64,000 nucleotides of DNA from Octopus vulgaris (GCA_951406725.2 OX597827.1:36332001-36396000); one strand, 5' to 3'; positions 24,502 to 36,135 are shown, counted from the stretch's first letter. Made by a program: numbers and translations. The notes: generated from the sequence alone by a model not told the origin.

Positions 24502-25781
24502 TATCAAAAAGTTCTCAGACAAGTTATGTTTAATAATAAATAAGTTATTTGCCTAAGTTTTAACATCATCTCCTTTGAAATAGTCACCTTATGCAGCAAT
24601 ACACTGGTCATAGCGTTCCTGCTACTTTTGGAATCTCGCATGAAAGTCATTTCCCATAAGCGAGTCAAGAACTTTCTTCGATTCACTCTGGATCTCAACA
24701 ATGGTGCTAAAACAGCAACTTTGAGCTGCATTTTCATTTTAGGGAAGAGATGGAAGTCTGCAGGTACTAAATCTGACAAATAGGGTAGGTTTGGAAGTGA
24801 TATCATGTTGCTTTTGGCAAGAAACTCACAAGTGAGGAGAGCTCAGGGACAGGGCGCATTGCTGTCATGAAGAATCCAATTCTTTGCACTCCACAGATCT
24901 GGTGACTTTTGCTAGATGTTCTCCCTCAAACACTTCAAAAGATTGCAGTATAACTCTTGATTGACGGTCTGGCCCTGGGAGATGAATTCTCAATGTACAA
25001 TACCACAGATGTCAAAAAAAAAAAAACATCGAGCGTGCTCTTGATTGAGGTGCATTTCTGTTATACCTTCTTTGGTCATAGAGATGAAGGTCTCTTCCAT
25101 TGTGACAACAGCTGCTTCATGTCTGGGTTGTACCTGTAGACTCAACTCATGTCACTAGTGATGATCCTCGACATGAAGGATGAGTCATCAGTAGCATGAT
25201 GACAGAGATCTTGACACACTTCAACATGATGTTCTTTCTGCTCAGTGGTCAGTAGGCAAGGGAAAAAACTTGGTAGACACACACCACATGTTCAATTCAG
25301 ACATTAGGATTGCTTGAATGGACCCATAGGACAGACCAATGACATCAGCAATGTTATTGATTGTCCTCTGATGAATTTCCTCCACATTTCTGGAGGTGAC
25401 AGTTGTGGCAGGTCTCCCAGATTGCTCATCATCTTCCAGAGATGTTCTTTCACTTTTGAAGTGCCTGTGCCACTGGAAACTTTGTGTATTACCCATTGCT
25501 TTGTTGCCATAAGCTTGTTGAAACATGCTCAATGTTTCTGTAGCAGACTTCCCAAGTTTAATGCAAAATTTTATGTTGGCTTTTTCTTCCAGCATCCTAT
25601 CCATGACAAAATCACAGAATACAGCATACACGTGATCACAAATATCACAATTTGTGAAGTAAACACAGCGATGTGACTCAGCACAGAGCCTCATGAAAGT
25701 CACCGCTAACTCTCACTGCCCTCAAAACTGTGCTACCATTTGTTGGTGCACTACAGAATTAGTTCAGGAATTTTCTGATAC
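24502..25781 (-). mobile_element. Decayed near-full-length mariner (same family as 13621-14491)
   Basis: HTH IKFCIKLGKSATET..AYG..QW...FK...SLEDD..SGRP; PY.SDL.PADFHLFPKMK; TIR remnants at both ends. Confidence 0.88.
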
Positions 25782-25875
25782 GTGTCTGTATATGAAGTAT
25801 GTGCCTATATTTATATATCATCAACATCATCATCATCATTTGATGTCCACCTTCCATACTGGCATGGGCAGGACT

Positions 25876-25915
<40 letters not shown>

Positions 25916-26157
25916 ACAAATTGATGTCCTCCTAAGGGATTATAAAATCCAGGGATCAACTGGTGTTATCAATGATATATTGGGAAAATTCTTTCAATAT
26001 GTAGGGATAAACAGTCTAATTTTCATTTATTAATATAAGAAAATGGAGAAAACTATTGTGGATACTTATTTTATTTGTATCACAATAAGAACATAGCAAA
26101 TAGTTAAATTCAAATAAAATTTAAAAGAACATAAATTAACATAACATAAGCATAAAA

Positions 26158-26277
26158 AGTGCCTACACATGTTTCAATCTGGTCACTATGTAAACAGTGC
26201 TTCAGATCCACAGGGTTTGAGCCATGTTAAGAGTTTTAGATGTGAGTTTGAAAGTGATCAGATATCTTCAGGGCAGC
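26158..26277 (-). ncRNA. Type I hammerhead ribozyme motif (Penelope-type), probably partly decayed
   Basis: tgcc-CTGAAGA-t-atctgatcact..agtgaccagat-t-GAAA-C-atgt-G-TA-ggca; stem II pairs 10 of 11. Confidence 0.65.
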
Positions 26278-26842
26278 CTTATGCTAATGCTTACATATTT
26301 TTTCACAGGAATTCAAGTTGGTAGTAAAAAAACTTATTAGATAAGATGGATGAGGACCACATATTCATACGTTAAGTATTTAAGTAATGCAAACATTATC
26401 TTGTTAGAAAAGTAAGAGAAAATATCGGGCATAGTTGACCATGACAGAATTTGAACTCAGAACATAAAGACGGATGAAATACTGCTCAGCGTTTCGCCAG
26501 GCCTGCTAATGTTTCTGCCAACTCGGTGCCTTAATAATAACAAATATTGTAACACATTCGGCTACAGTGGTAACATTGACAACGCCCCCCCCTCCACATC
26601 CTGCAATAACATTACCAATGCCACCACCAACACCAAAGGCCTCAGCAACACCATCGTTGACTGCGGCACCAGCAACAACAACAGCAGCAGTGATATTGTC
26701 AACTCCAGCAGCATCATTGTCGACAGCACCAACATCAACAGCAATAACAGTAGCAACAACATCGTCTTCTTGCTGAATGAAATATATATATATATAATAC
26801 ATTAATGTACATGTGTGTATGTATATACATACATATATATGA

Positions 26843-26882
<40 letters not shown>

Positions 26883-27254
26883 TTCTATATACATGTGTGT
26901 GTATATATATATATATGTATATATATATACATATGTGCTTCCCTTTCTCTCTCACATACACTCACAGACGTGCGTAAACAGGAAAAGTTGTTAAAAATTA
27001 TCAACAAAAACAAAGCTGAGAAATACACACGTGTTGCAAATTAAGTTTAATTACCAATAAATATCAGCTTATGGCCTGGACCATGATTACCAGCATGTAC
27101 GACAGACTTCAAAAAGTAGTTAACCATTTAATGGTTTTAGTAAAGCTATACAGAAAAAATAAGCATTATACCGTCCAGCATAAATAAAAGTCAACTTTTA
27201 AATGAATCAAATTCCAGTACAAAAAAAAAATTCTGAAAAAGATCTACTCATTCT

Positions 27255-27622
27255 TTTGCAATCTTTCAGGATGATAATGCACTAATTCACACTAAAGTTG
27301 TTACTGAATGGCACAACTAGTGAAGCTGAACATCTTATCTGGCCACCACAGTCTCCAGATTTCAATATTATTGAACATTTATGGTGCATTTTAGAAAAAC
27401 AAATAAGGAGTCGATAACTTCCACCAATCATCACTACAAGAACTGGAGACTGTTTTAGCTGAAGAATGGACAAAAATTCCTTTGGAAACAATTCAAACTT
27501 TGTATGAGTCCATACCTTGTAGAGTTCAAGCTGTAATTACTGCCAAAGGCAGTCCTACTCTATATTAAAATAAATTTGTTTTAAATTTTAAGGTGTTTCC
27601 ATTATTTTGTCCCACCCCTGTA
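27255..27622 (+). mobile_element. Tc1-like (DD34E) transposon 3' fragment
   Basis: FQDDNA.IH and WPPQSPDFNIIEHLW; TIR-like end ttattttgtcccacccctgta. Confidence 0.8.
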
Positions 27623-27799
27623 TATCCATACACACACATATATATATAGGTAGTAAGGATATATATATATATATATTGGATCGTAGAGTGACTCGCTGTT
27701 CTTGAGGATCTGAAGACCCGACAAATGAAGTGAGTTCATGCTCGCAGGACAGCCTGCTGTGCTAGCCTTGGATCGTAGAGTGAACTGTTGAGTCAAGTT

Positions 27800-28115
27800 C
27801 ATTAAGACACCCATGCTGGTGACACGTAAAAGCACCATTCGAGCGTGGCAGTTACTAGCGTCCATGTCGGTGACACGTAAAAGCACCAACTGATCGTGGC
27901 CGTTTGCCAGCCTGCTCTGGCTCCTGTGCTGGTGGCATGTAAAAAGCACCCACTACACTCATGGAGTGGTTGGCGTTAGGAAGAGCATCCAGCTGTAGAA
28001 ACACTGCCAAATCAGACTAGAGCCTGGTGCAGCCTCCATGGCTTACCAGACCCTGGTCGAACTGTCCAACCCATGCTATCATGGAAAACGGACGTTAAAT
28101 GATGATGATGATGAT
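27800..28115 (+). mobile_element. RTE LINE 3' UTR fragment
   Basis: ggtg(a/g)cacgtaaaagcacc units and a (GAT)n tail. Confidence 0.8.
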
Positions 28116-28239
28116 GTAACAGTTTTAATTGATTTGTAAACAATGTTATGAAAATGTCGGAGTCAGCCGTTGCAATAAAAATTTGTTGTTGTAACGGCAT
28201 GCTGTAGGATGTGAAAGATGAACAATGCATGAAGTTTTA

Positions 28240-28815
28240 AGGAAATATTTATTTACCGTTACGTTACAATACCTTGCCTCGATGGACAGGTTATGATAAA
28301 TCCAAAAGCATGCAAAGTAAAGTTTGGAGCGGTAGAATGTTTCATTACATAGTTTGGTGTATACAAATAGTTAGTAGTAATCCACAGATAGCGATAGAAT
28401 GATGTTGTAAGAGAACAGAATTAGAACTAGAGAGGATTGTAGGGTATTATCTCACAGTTGGTTTCTCTCTCTGACCAAGGTTGGTCAGCCAGACCTCGTT
28501 GAGTCGTCACTGACTGTGACTAACTGATTTTTGCTTGGGATGCGCTGGCTTATATAACTATCCCGAAGGATAGATATATCATTGAGAACAATAGATTTAG
28601 TTGGTGGTCTTGTTATCTCTATTCTAGCTTTTGGTGAAGTAGAAAGGGTCAAGTGGTGAAGACATTATTTTGGCCTAGCTAAAGGCATCTGGAAAATGTA
28701 AAACTGCTGTCAGAGAAAAACCATTATTCCACCATGGGAACAGTTCTATTGCAGCGTTAATTTAAATTTGGCTATGGTGGATCGAATCCACTTCATGCAT
28801 GCAAGATCCACTACA
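28240..28815 (-). mobile_element. Putative solo LTR (starts TGTAGTGG on - strand); second partial copy at 36873-37090
   Basis: 28607-28815 is nearly identical to 36873-37090; both end in ctaca abutting (TA)n; left boundary uncertain. Confidence 0.55.
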
Positions 28816-28864
28816 TATATATATATATATATATTAGAAGGTTTGGAGATGATGTACAGGTATT

Positions 28865-29067
28865 ATATATTAGAAGAAATGAAGTACTCAGAAATCTGGA
28901 TGGTTTTATATTTACAGATATTTATTAATATGTCACATGTTTTTATAAATCATATATTAGCGCTTGCTAATATAAATCATATATTGGACGCAAGCGAGTT
29001 CAATTAATAAATATCTGTAAATATAAAGCCATCCAGATTTCTGAGTACCTCATTTCTTCTAATATAT
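28865..29067. repeat. 65-bp inverted repeat pair with a 73-nt spacer
   Basis: 28865-28929 versus 29003-29067, 63 of 65 complementary. Confidence 0.9.
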
Positions 29068-29579
29068 ATATATATATATGCAGATATATGTATACCTTTG
29101 TGTGTACATATATATACTTTATATATATATATATACACATACATATACACACATACACATGTTTAAATAGACAGACAGATAGATACATATACATTTATAT
29201 ATACCCATATCTCTCTCTGTATATATATATATACCAATTCCTAAATATTTATATACACCTATAAATATGCATACCTATACATGTGTATATGTGTGTGTAT
29301 ATGGTTTTTTACAGCTGGATGCCCTTCCAAATGCTAAACACTTTACAGCATGGATTGGATGCTTTTTATGTGGCATCAACATATTCTCATTCACATTACA
29401 TCTATATATTTTTTAAGTGAGCGATAATATTTTGAAAACAGGAGTGATTAATATTTAATTTCATATAGATATTTATGTGTGTGTGTATGAAACTGATATA
29501 GCAAATACAATTTCCGAGAAAAAATTGCAGTTTTATTTTCAGTAAAATCTTTGAAGGTTGTATGCTTCTGACTATTACT

Positions 29580-31005
29580 CACTCCCACTCCATTTGTTGT
29601 CAAGTTTTGTTCAAGTAGTGAGTTCTTGTTGGGTGAGTTGTATCCAGTTTTGTTCAAGTAGTGAGTTCTTGTTGGGTGAGTTGTATCCAATTATGGGTGG
29701 CTTATCTGGTATTCTTTGAAGGAATCTATCCAGACTCTGTTTAAAGTTGATGGGATCCTTTTCCTCTTTGATCTCTCTCGGGACAATGTTAAATAGGGCA
29801 GGGCCTGTTGAGGAAAAGAAATTATGTTGCAGTGTACATGTATGTTGTGATCTTGAATTGGGCAGGGGACGTATAGCCCGTGGTCCAAGTCTTGGATGAA
29901 CCTTGAAGCTAATGTTTAGGTCGTTTGGGCATAGTTGGCGGTATATTTTCCACATCATACAAATGATGTACCGCTCACGGCGACGCTGGAGGGAGTAAAG
30001 TTTCAAGGCTTTAAGGCGATCCCAATAATCGAGAGCAGCCATGCCTTCAATTCGTTCAGTGAGTGCCCTCTGGGGTGACTCAATTCTGGAGATGGTTTGT
30101 CTTGTGTGAGGAGACCACAGTGGGCAGCAGTATTCAAGGTGTGGCCGTACAAAGGAGGAAAAAAGTGGTATGATGACACCTTGTTCTCTGGACCGGAAAG
30201 TTCTTAAGATCCAGGAACTCATCCTACGAGCTATATCGACCTTCTTGTTGATGTGTGCACTCCAACTGAGATCGTCATCAACAATTACACCCAGGTCTCT
30301 GATATTGTTAGAGGCTGTGAGCGGTTCCCCTGAAGGAAGAGAGTATGGCTGTTTTAGTGAGGAGTTTCTTTCAAAATGCATCAGCTCAAATTTTCCCTCA
30401 TTCAGTTGCATTTTGTTTCTGTCTGCCCATTGACTCACAGCATATAGATCAGACTGGAGTTGATTTCAGTCTGCTTCTTCATTCACAATTTGCTGGAGCT
30501 TGGTGTCATCAGCAAATATTTTCACTTTGCAGTAATGTACGACACTGGAAAGGTCGTTTATGTAGATTATGAAGAGTAGCGGACCCAAGACAGTCCCCTG
30601 GGGGACACCGCTGGTGACTTTTGCTGGGCTTGAGTGGACTCCATCAACTACAACATGTTGTGTTCTATTCGCCAGGAAATACTTGATCCAATGTAGAACT
30701 TTTCCACGGATTCAAACATTTGCCAATTTTGAGAGTAGGATATTATGGTATACCCTGTCGAACGCTTTACTGAAGTCAAGATATATGACATCAGAGTTCG
30801 AACCTGTTCCCAAGGCTTTGAGTACATCTTCAATGTGGTGTAAGAGCTGTGTTAGACAGTCCCTGCCACAGCGAAAGCCATGCTGATTTGCATTTAGGAG
30901 TTTCTGGGTCTCCAGGAAGTCAGCCATCCTTGATCTTAACACTCTTTCAAACACTTTGATGATGTGGGAGGTGAGTGAGATTGGGCGATAGTTGAGTGCG
31001 AGGGG
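29580..31005 (-). mobile_element. 5'-truncated CR1-clade LINE ORF2 (RT plus C-terminus)
   Basis: NYRPISLTSHIIKVFER, QHGFR.GR.CLTQLL, YLDFSKAFDRV, GVPQGTVLGPLLF, FADD and RPHLEYCCPLWSP; few frameshifts, so relatively young. Confidence 0.93.
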
Positions 31006-31012
31006 ATCTGTG

Positions 31013-31063
<51 letters not shown>

Positions 31064-31191
31064 TATATATATATGTATATCGGCATGCCCGTGTAAATTT
31101 TGCGTCTGCGCAGAGATTTGAAAAGTTAAGATCTGCTAGTAGTCGGGTTTAACATATAGCCCCACATCGCTGCAGACCTCGATTAAATTCA

Positions 31192-31273
31192 GGCGACTCG
31201 CTGATGAAGCCAGCCTTAGCAAACATATTCTGTGTTTTGCTAGAAAGAAGCAGAAACCGCGGTACGAGTTGTT
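31192..31273 (+). ncRNA. Type I hammerhead ribozyme, copy 1 (predicted cleavage after GUA, 31264)
   Basis: Stem I ggcgactcg/cgagttgtt; CTGATGA 31201-31207; stem II with tagcaaacata/tgtgttttgcta hairpin; GAAA 31253-31256; palindromic stem III ACCGCGGT. Confidence 0.82.
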
Positions 31274-31636
31274 AAAGTTATCGGTAAACGTTTTTGATTT
31301 TCACTCTCGATAAATTCATCCCCTTTTTGTGTCCCCAGCACTCGGCATCTTTATTTAGGAGCCCTTAATTGTATAACCACATGAATAATATTTTTCTATA
31401 TGAATAATATTTTTGTCTTATGACTAATTCGTCTTTTGTGCTGGGCACCTGGTAGTAAATAATATTACTACCCTTCTTGCTTATATTCGCATACTACATG
31501 ATGAATTTATTCGTAAAATTCTTCCCGGCATGCCCGTGTAAATTTTGCGTCTGCGCAGAGATTTGAAAAGTTAAGATCTGCTAGTAGTCGGGTTTAACAT
31601 ATAGCCCCACATCGCTGCAGACCTCGATTAAATTCA

Positions 31637-31718
31637 GGCGACTCGCTGATGAAGCCAGCCTTAGCAAACATATTCTGTGTTTTGCTAGAAAGAAGCAGAA
31701 ACCGCGGTACGAGTTGTT
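31637..31718 (+). ncRNA. Type I hammerhead ribozyme, copy 2 (predicted cleavage after 31709)
   Basis: Identical to copy 1, offset by 445 nt. Confidence 0.82.
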
Positions 31719-31939
31719 AAAGTTATCGGTAAACGTTTTTGATTTTCACTCTCGATAAATTCATCCCCTTTTTGTGTCCCCAGCACTCGGCATCTTTATT
31801 TAGGAGCCCTTAATTGTATAACCACATGAATAATATTTTTCTATATGAATAATATTTTTGTCTTATGACTAATTCGTCTTTTGTGCTGGGCACCTGGTAG
31901 TAAATAATATTACTACTCTTCTTGCTTATATTCGCATAT

Positions 31940-31940
31940 T

Positions 31941-31989
<49 letters not shown>

Positions 31990-31995
31990 ATATAT

Positions 31996-32069
<74 letters not shown>

Positions 32070-32098
32070 ATATATATATATCATGTATATATATATAC

Positions 32099-32137
<39 letters not shown>

Positions 32138-32155
32138 CATGTATATATATATATG

Positions 32156-32214
<59 letters not shown>

Positions 32215-32310
32215 GTATATATAATATGTATATATATATATGTATGTATATATATATATGTATGTATGTATATATATATATATATATATATGTAAATATA
32301 TATATATGTA
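31940..32310. repeat. Long compound (TA)n/(TATG)n microsatellite
   Basis: Direct reading; source of the spurious YIYI ORFs. Confidence 0.95.
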
Positions 32311-33040
32311 TACGTTTATAGATACAAGCATCAATTTATATTTGAGGATATAATTGAGGCATAGATGAGTAAAATTAAGTATGTATGTATACATTTGTAT
32401 AAATGTATGCGTACAGCCATGTTATATATTTTGGTGCACAATTATATCTATACATATAAATTTGACATGAGTGATTTTTTTCTTGTCTTTGGATTCACGA
32501 TTAAATTGGCTGGGTGGAATTGTGTGAAGAATTAAACAGATGTGTAGAATGATCCAGTGTTGTTGCTGGATTTTGTATTTTTTTCATAGGTCCCATGGTT
32601 ACTGAGATAATCTACTATAATAATATTCTTGTATTTATGAATGAGAACGGAAGGGGTGATGTCATACTTGGTAGTGGGATGATGAAAATTGTACGCTGAA
32701 AAAATAAATCAAATAGCATTTCAACTCTGTGTGAATATATGTGTGTGTGTGTAAAGGGGTATGTGAATGTGTCTGCGTGTGCATATGTGTGTTTGTATGT
32801 GTATGCAGGTGTGCACGCAATGGAAGTGGGATGGTTCAGCTTTGTTTGCTTAGTATTTTTTTTTGTTGGTCATTTATTTTTAGTATTTTGACAGAAAAAA
32901 GTCATTCTAAAATTGTTTTTTAATGTAAGCATGCCCAAACAAGTTGAATGTTTACACAGAGCAGGTTTTATAGCTACATCATCCAAACTGACCAGATGAA
33001 ACTGGGCTTAGCTGCTAGTATACATATGTGTGTATGTATA

Positions 33041-34160
33041 TCATCATCATCATCATCACCGTTTAACGTCCGTTCTCCATGCTAGCATGGGTTGGACAGT
33101 TCGACCGGGGATCTGGGAAGCCAGAAGGCTGCACCAGGCTCCAGTCTAATCTGGCAATGTTTCTACAGCTGGATGCCCTTCCTAACGCCAACCACTCCGT
33201 GAGTGTAGTGGGTGCTTTTTACGTGCCACCTGCACAGGTGGCAGGCGAGGCTGGCAACGACCACGGTCGGATTGGTGTATTTTATGTGCCACCGGCACGG
33301 AAGCCAGTCGAGGCGGTGCTGGCATCGGCCACGAGTCGGATAGTGCTTTTTACGTACCACCAGACCAGGGATCCTGGCTGGTTCAATTCGATTTCGATTT
33401 CGCTTGCCCCAACATGTCTTCACAAGCAAAGGGGGTTGGCATGGGTGCCTGTTGTACGGTCGGATTGGAGTATTTTACGCGCCACCGGCACGGAAGCCAG
33501 TCGAAGCGGCGCTGGCATCGGCCACGAGTCGGATAGTGCTTTTTACGTACCACCAGACCAGGGATCCTGGCTGGTTTAATTCGGTTTCGATTTCGATTTC
33601 GCTTGCCCCAACATGTCTTCGCAAGCAGAGGGGGTTGGCATGGGTGCCTGTCGTCGGATGAGGTTCTATATCGACTTCGCTTGCCTCAACAGGTCTTTGT
33701 GTCCAAGGGAGGAAAGGCATTCATAAGTGGGCTGGGCTCACTTGTTCTGCCTGGTCTTTTCACGTACAGAATATTTCCAAAGGTCTCGGTCGCTGGTCAT
33801 TTCCTCAGTGAGGCCTAAAGTTTGAAGGTCGTGCTTCACCACCTCGTCCCAGGTTTTCCTGGGTCTACCTCTTCCACGGATTCCCTCAACTGCTAGGGAT
33901 TGGCACTTTCTCACACACCTATCTTCATCCATTCTCGCCACGTGACCATACCAGCGCAATCGTCTCTCTTGCACACCACAACTGATGCTTCTTAGGTACA
34001 ACATTTCTCTCAAGGTGCTAACACTCTGTCGAGTATGTACACTGACATTACACATCCATCGGAGCATACTGGCTTCATTCCTCACGAGCTTACGCATGTC
34101 CTCAGCAGTCACGGCCCATGTTTCACTGCCATGTAGCATGGCTGTTCGTACACACGCATC
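33041..34160 (-). mobile_element. RTE LINE 3' end (C-terminus plus expanded 3' UTR)
   Basis: ORF 33738-34139 MLHGSETWAVT..RLRWYGHVARMDEDR..RGRGRPRKTW; (GAT)n tail. Confidence 0.92.
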
Positions 34161-34209
34161 ATATATATATGTATATATGTATATATATATGTATATATGT
34201 GTATGTATG

Positions 34210-34242
<33 letters not shown>

Positions 34243-34244
<2 letters not shown>

Positions 34245-34405
34245 ACGACAGGCTTCTTTCAGTTTCCATCTACCAAATCCACTCTAAGGGCTTTGGTCAG
34301 CTTCAGGCTATAGTAGAAGGCACTTACCCAAGGTGCCATGCAGTGGGACTGAATTCGGAACCATGTGGTTGGGCAGCAAGCTTCTTACCACACAGCCACT
34401 CCTGC
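34243..34405 (-). mobile_element. SINE family A, 5' half
   Basis: Matches the head of the other family A copies. Confidence 0.75.
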
Positions 34406-35206
34406 AATATATATGTGTGTGTATGTGTGTGTGTGTGTGTGTGCATGTGTATGTATGTATGTATTTTTGTATGTATACACAGATATATATGCCTGAACTT
34501 GCACCAAGACAGTTGGGTTTAGGGTATAAATTAACATCACTCCGCATCTGAAAATCCAGGAACAACAATGGTGGAGAATGTATAATAATTAATCCAATAA
34601 TTAATTTTGAGATGAAAATATCAATTCCATATGTTTACAGCTGTTTCATAATCTGTATTCAGTTACATCCTGAATACTAAAGTGCACTGCACACATATAA
34701 GTATACAATATAGATGTTGTTATGCTCTCACCTATTTCTGTCTTTTGCTTTTCATACATTTGCACAATATGTCATATACTCTGTCAGAAGTGGACCCAAG
34801 GGAGGAGGAGGCCTGAGGGGCATGTGGTCCCCTCTGGAAAAGAAGTGCGCTCTTCTGGAATTGTATGCCCTTCTGACCTTGTGCCCTACTTTGAAAAATG
34901 CCTGCGACTTCGCCTGTATGTGGTCACCCCAGTTTGATCCCGTCTAACTGAACTTCTTTCTTTCTTGGACCTTCATCTCTACTTTACTGTCATGGATTTT
35001 GCTGTACACTATTGTTGATTTGTATCATACCAATCTACCACAACTTTTTGAACTTCTTGTAAACTGTTAACCCAAACATGTTTTGTTTTCTCTCCGTTTC
35101 CTTTCTTTGTTCCTTTGTGTTGCAGAGCATAGGCTTGAAATGTTAAAGACTTTTCCATTCTTCCTGAGCATCAAACTAACACACCTTCTTTCTTGTTCCC
35201 TCTCTT

Positions 35207-36135
35207 CATCATCATCATCGTTTAACGTTCGTTTTCCATGCTAGCATGGGTTGGACGGTTCAACTGGGGTCTGGGAAGCCAGAAGGCTGCGCCAGGCCCA
35301 GTCTGATCTGGCAGTGTTTCTACAGCTGGATGCCCTTCATAACGCCAACCACTCCATGAGTATAGTGGGTGCTTCCTACGTGCCAACCTGCACAGGTGCC
35401 AGACGAGGCTGGCAAACGGCCACGATTGGATGGTGCTTTTTATGTGCCACCAGCATGGGGGCCAGACGAGGCTGGCAACGGCCACAATCGGATGGTGCTT
35501 TTTACGTGCCAGTCGGGGCGGTGCTGGTAACAGCCACGTTTGGATGGTTCTCTTACGTGCCACCGGCACAGGTATCACATCTACAATTTCCATTGATGTT
35601 GATCGATTTCGATTTTCACTTGCCTCAACAGGTCTTCACAAGTAGGGTTTGTGTCACAAGAAGGAAAGGTATGCATAAGTGGACTGGCTACATCCCAGGT
35701 AGAGGCCATGGGTTATGGTCTCACTTGTCCTACCGGGTCTTCTCATGCACAGCATACTTCCATAGGTCTCGGTCTCTGGTCATTTCCTCGGTGAGACCTA
35801 AAGTTCGAAGGTCGTGCTTCACCACTTCGTCCCAGGTTTTCCTGGGTCTACCTCTTCCACAGGTTCCCTCAACCGCTAGGGTGTGGCACTTTTTCACACA
35901 CAACTATCTTCCTCCATTCTCGCTACATGACTATACCAGCGCAAACGTCTCTCTTGCACACCACAACTGATGCTTCTTAGGTCCAACTTTTCTCTCAAGG
36001 TATGAACACTGACATTACACATCCATAGGAGCATACTGGCTTCTTTTCTTGTGAGCTTACGCATATCCTCAGCAGTCATGGCCCATGTTTCACTGCCATG
36101 TAGCATGGCTGTTCGTACACATGTGTCATACACAT
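35207..36135 (-). mobile_element. RTE LINE 3' end
   Basis: ORF 35894-36133 VRTAMLHGSETW..RLRWY; family 3' UTR and tail. Confidence 0.9.

Larger units (their letters stand above)
31081..31938 (+). mobile_element. 445-bp tandem repeat (about 1.93 units) carrying hammerhead ribozymes: retrozyme-like or Penelope pseudo-LTR
   Basis: 31081-31493 matches 31526-31938 with one mismatch seen; no ORF; embedded in (TA)n. Confidence 0.85.

Noticed and set aside
26506-26961. Pro/Thr/Ala-rich or Val/Gly-rich ORFs
   Set aside because: Degenerate (CAA/CAG/CAC)n tract following a SINE fragment; open in several frames and no convincing splice signals
31810-32394. ORFs of YIYI repeats (also 21559-21912, 39855-40149 and others)
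   Set aside because: Translations of (TA)n microsatellites
33200-33700. CRISPR-like repeat-spacer appearance
   Set aside because: Eukaryotic LINE UTR; the spacers are themselves related to each other and there are no cas genes
34630-34735. GAAAC-AGCT-GTA palindromic hammerhead half on the - strand
   Set aside because: No CUGANGA core or stem I partner found (only gtgagag); too decayed to call
35251-35970. 239-aa + strand ORF
   Set aside because: Antisense reading of an RTE 3' end
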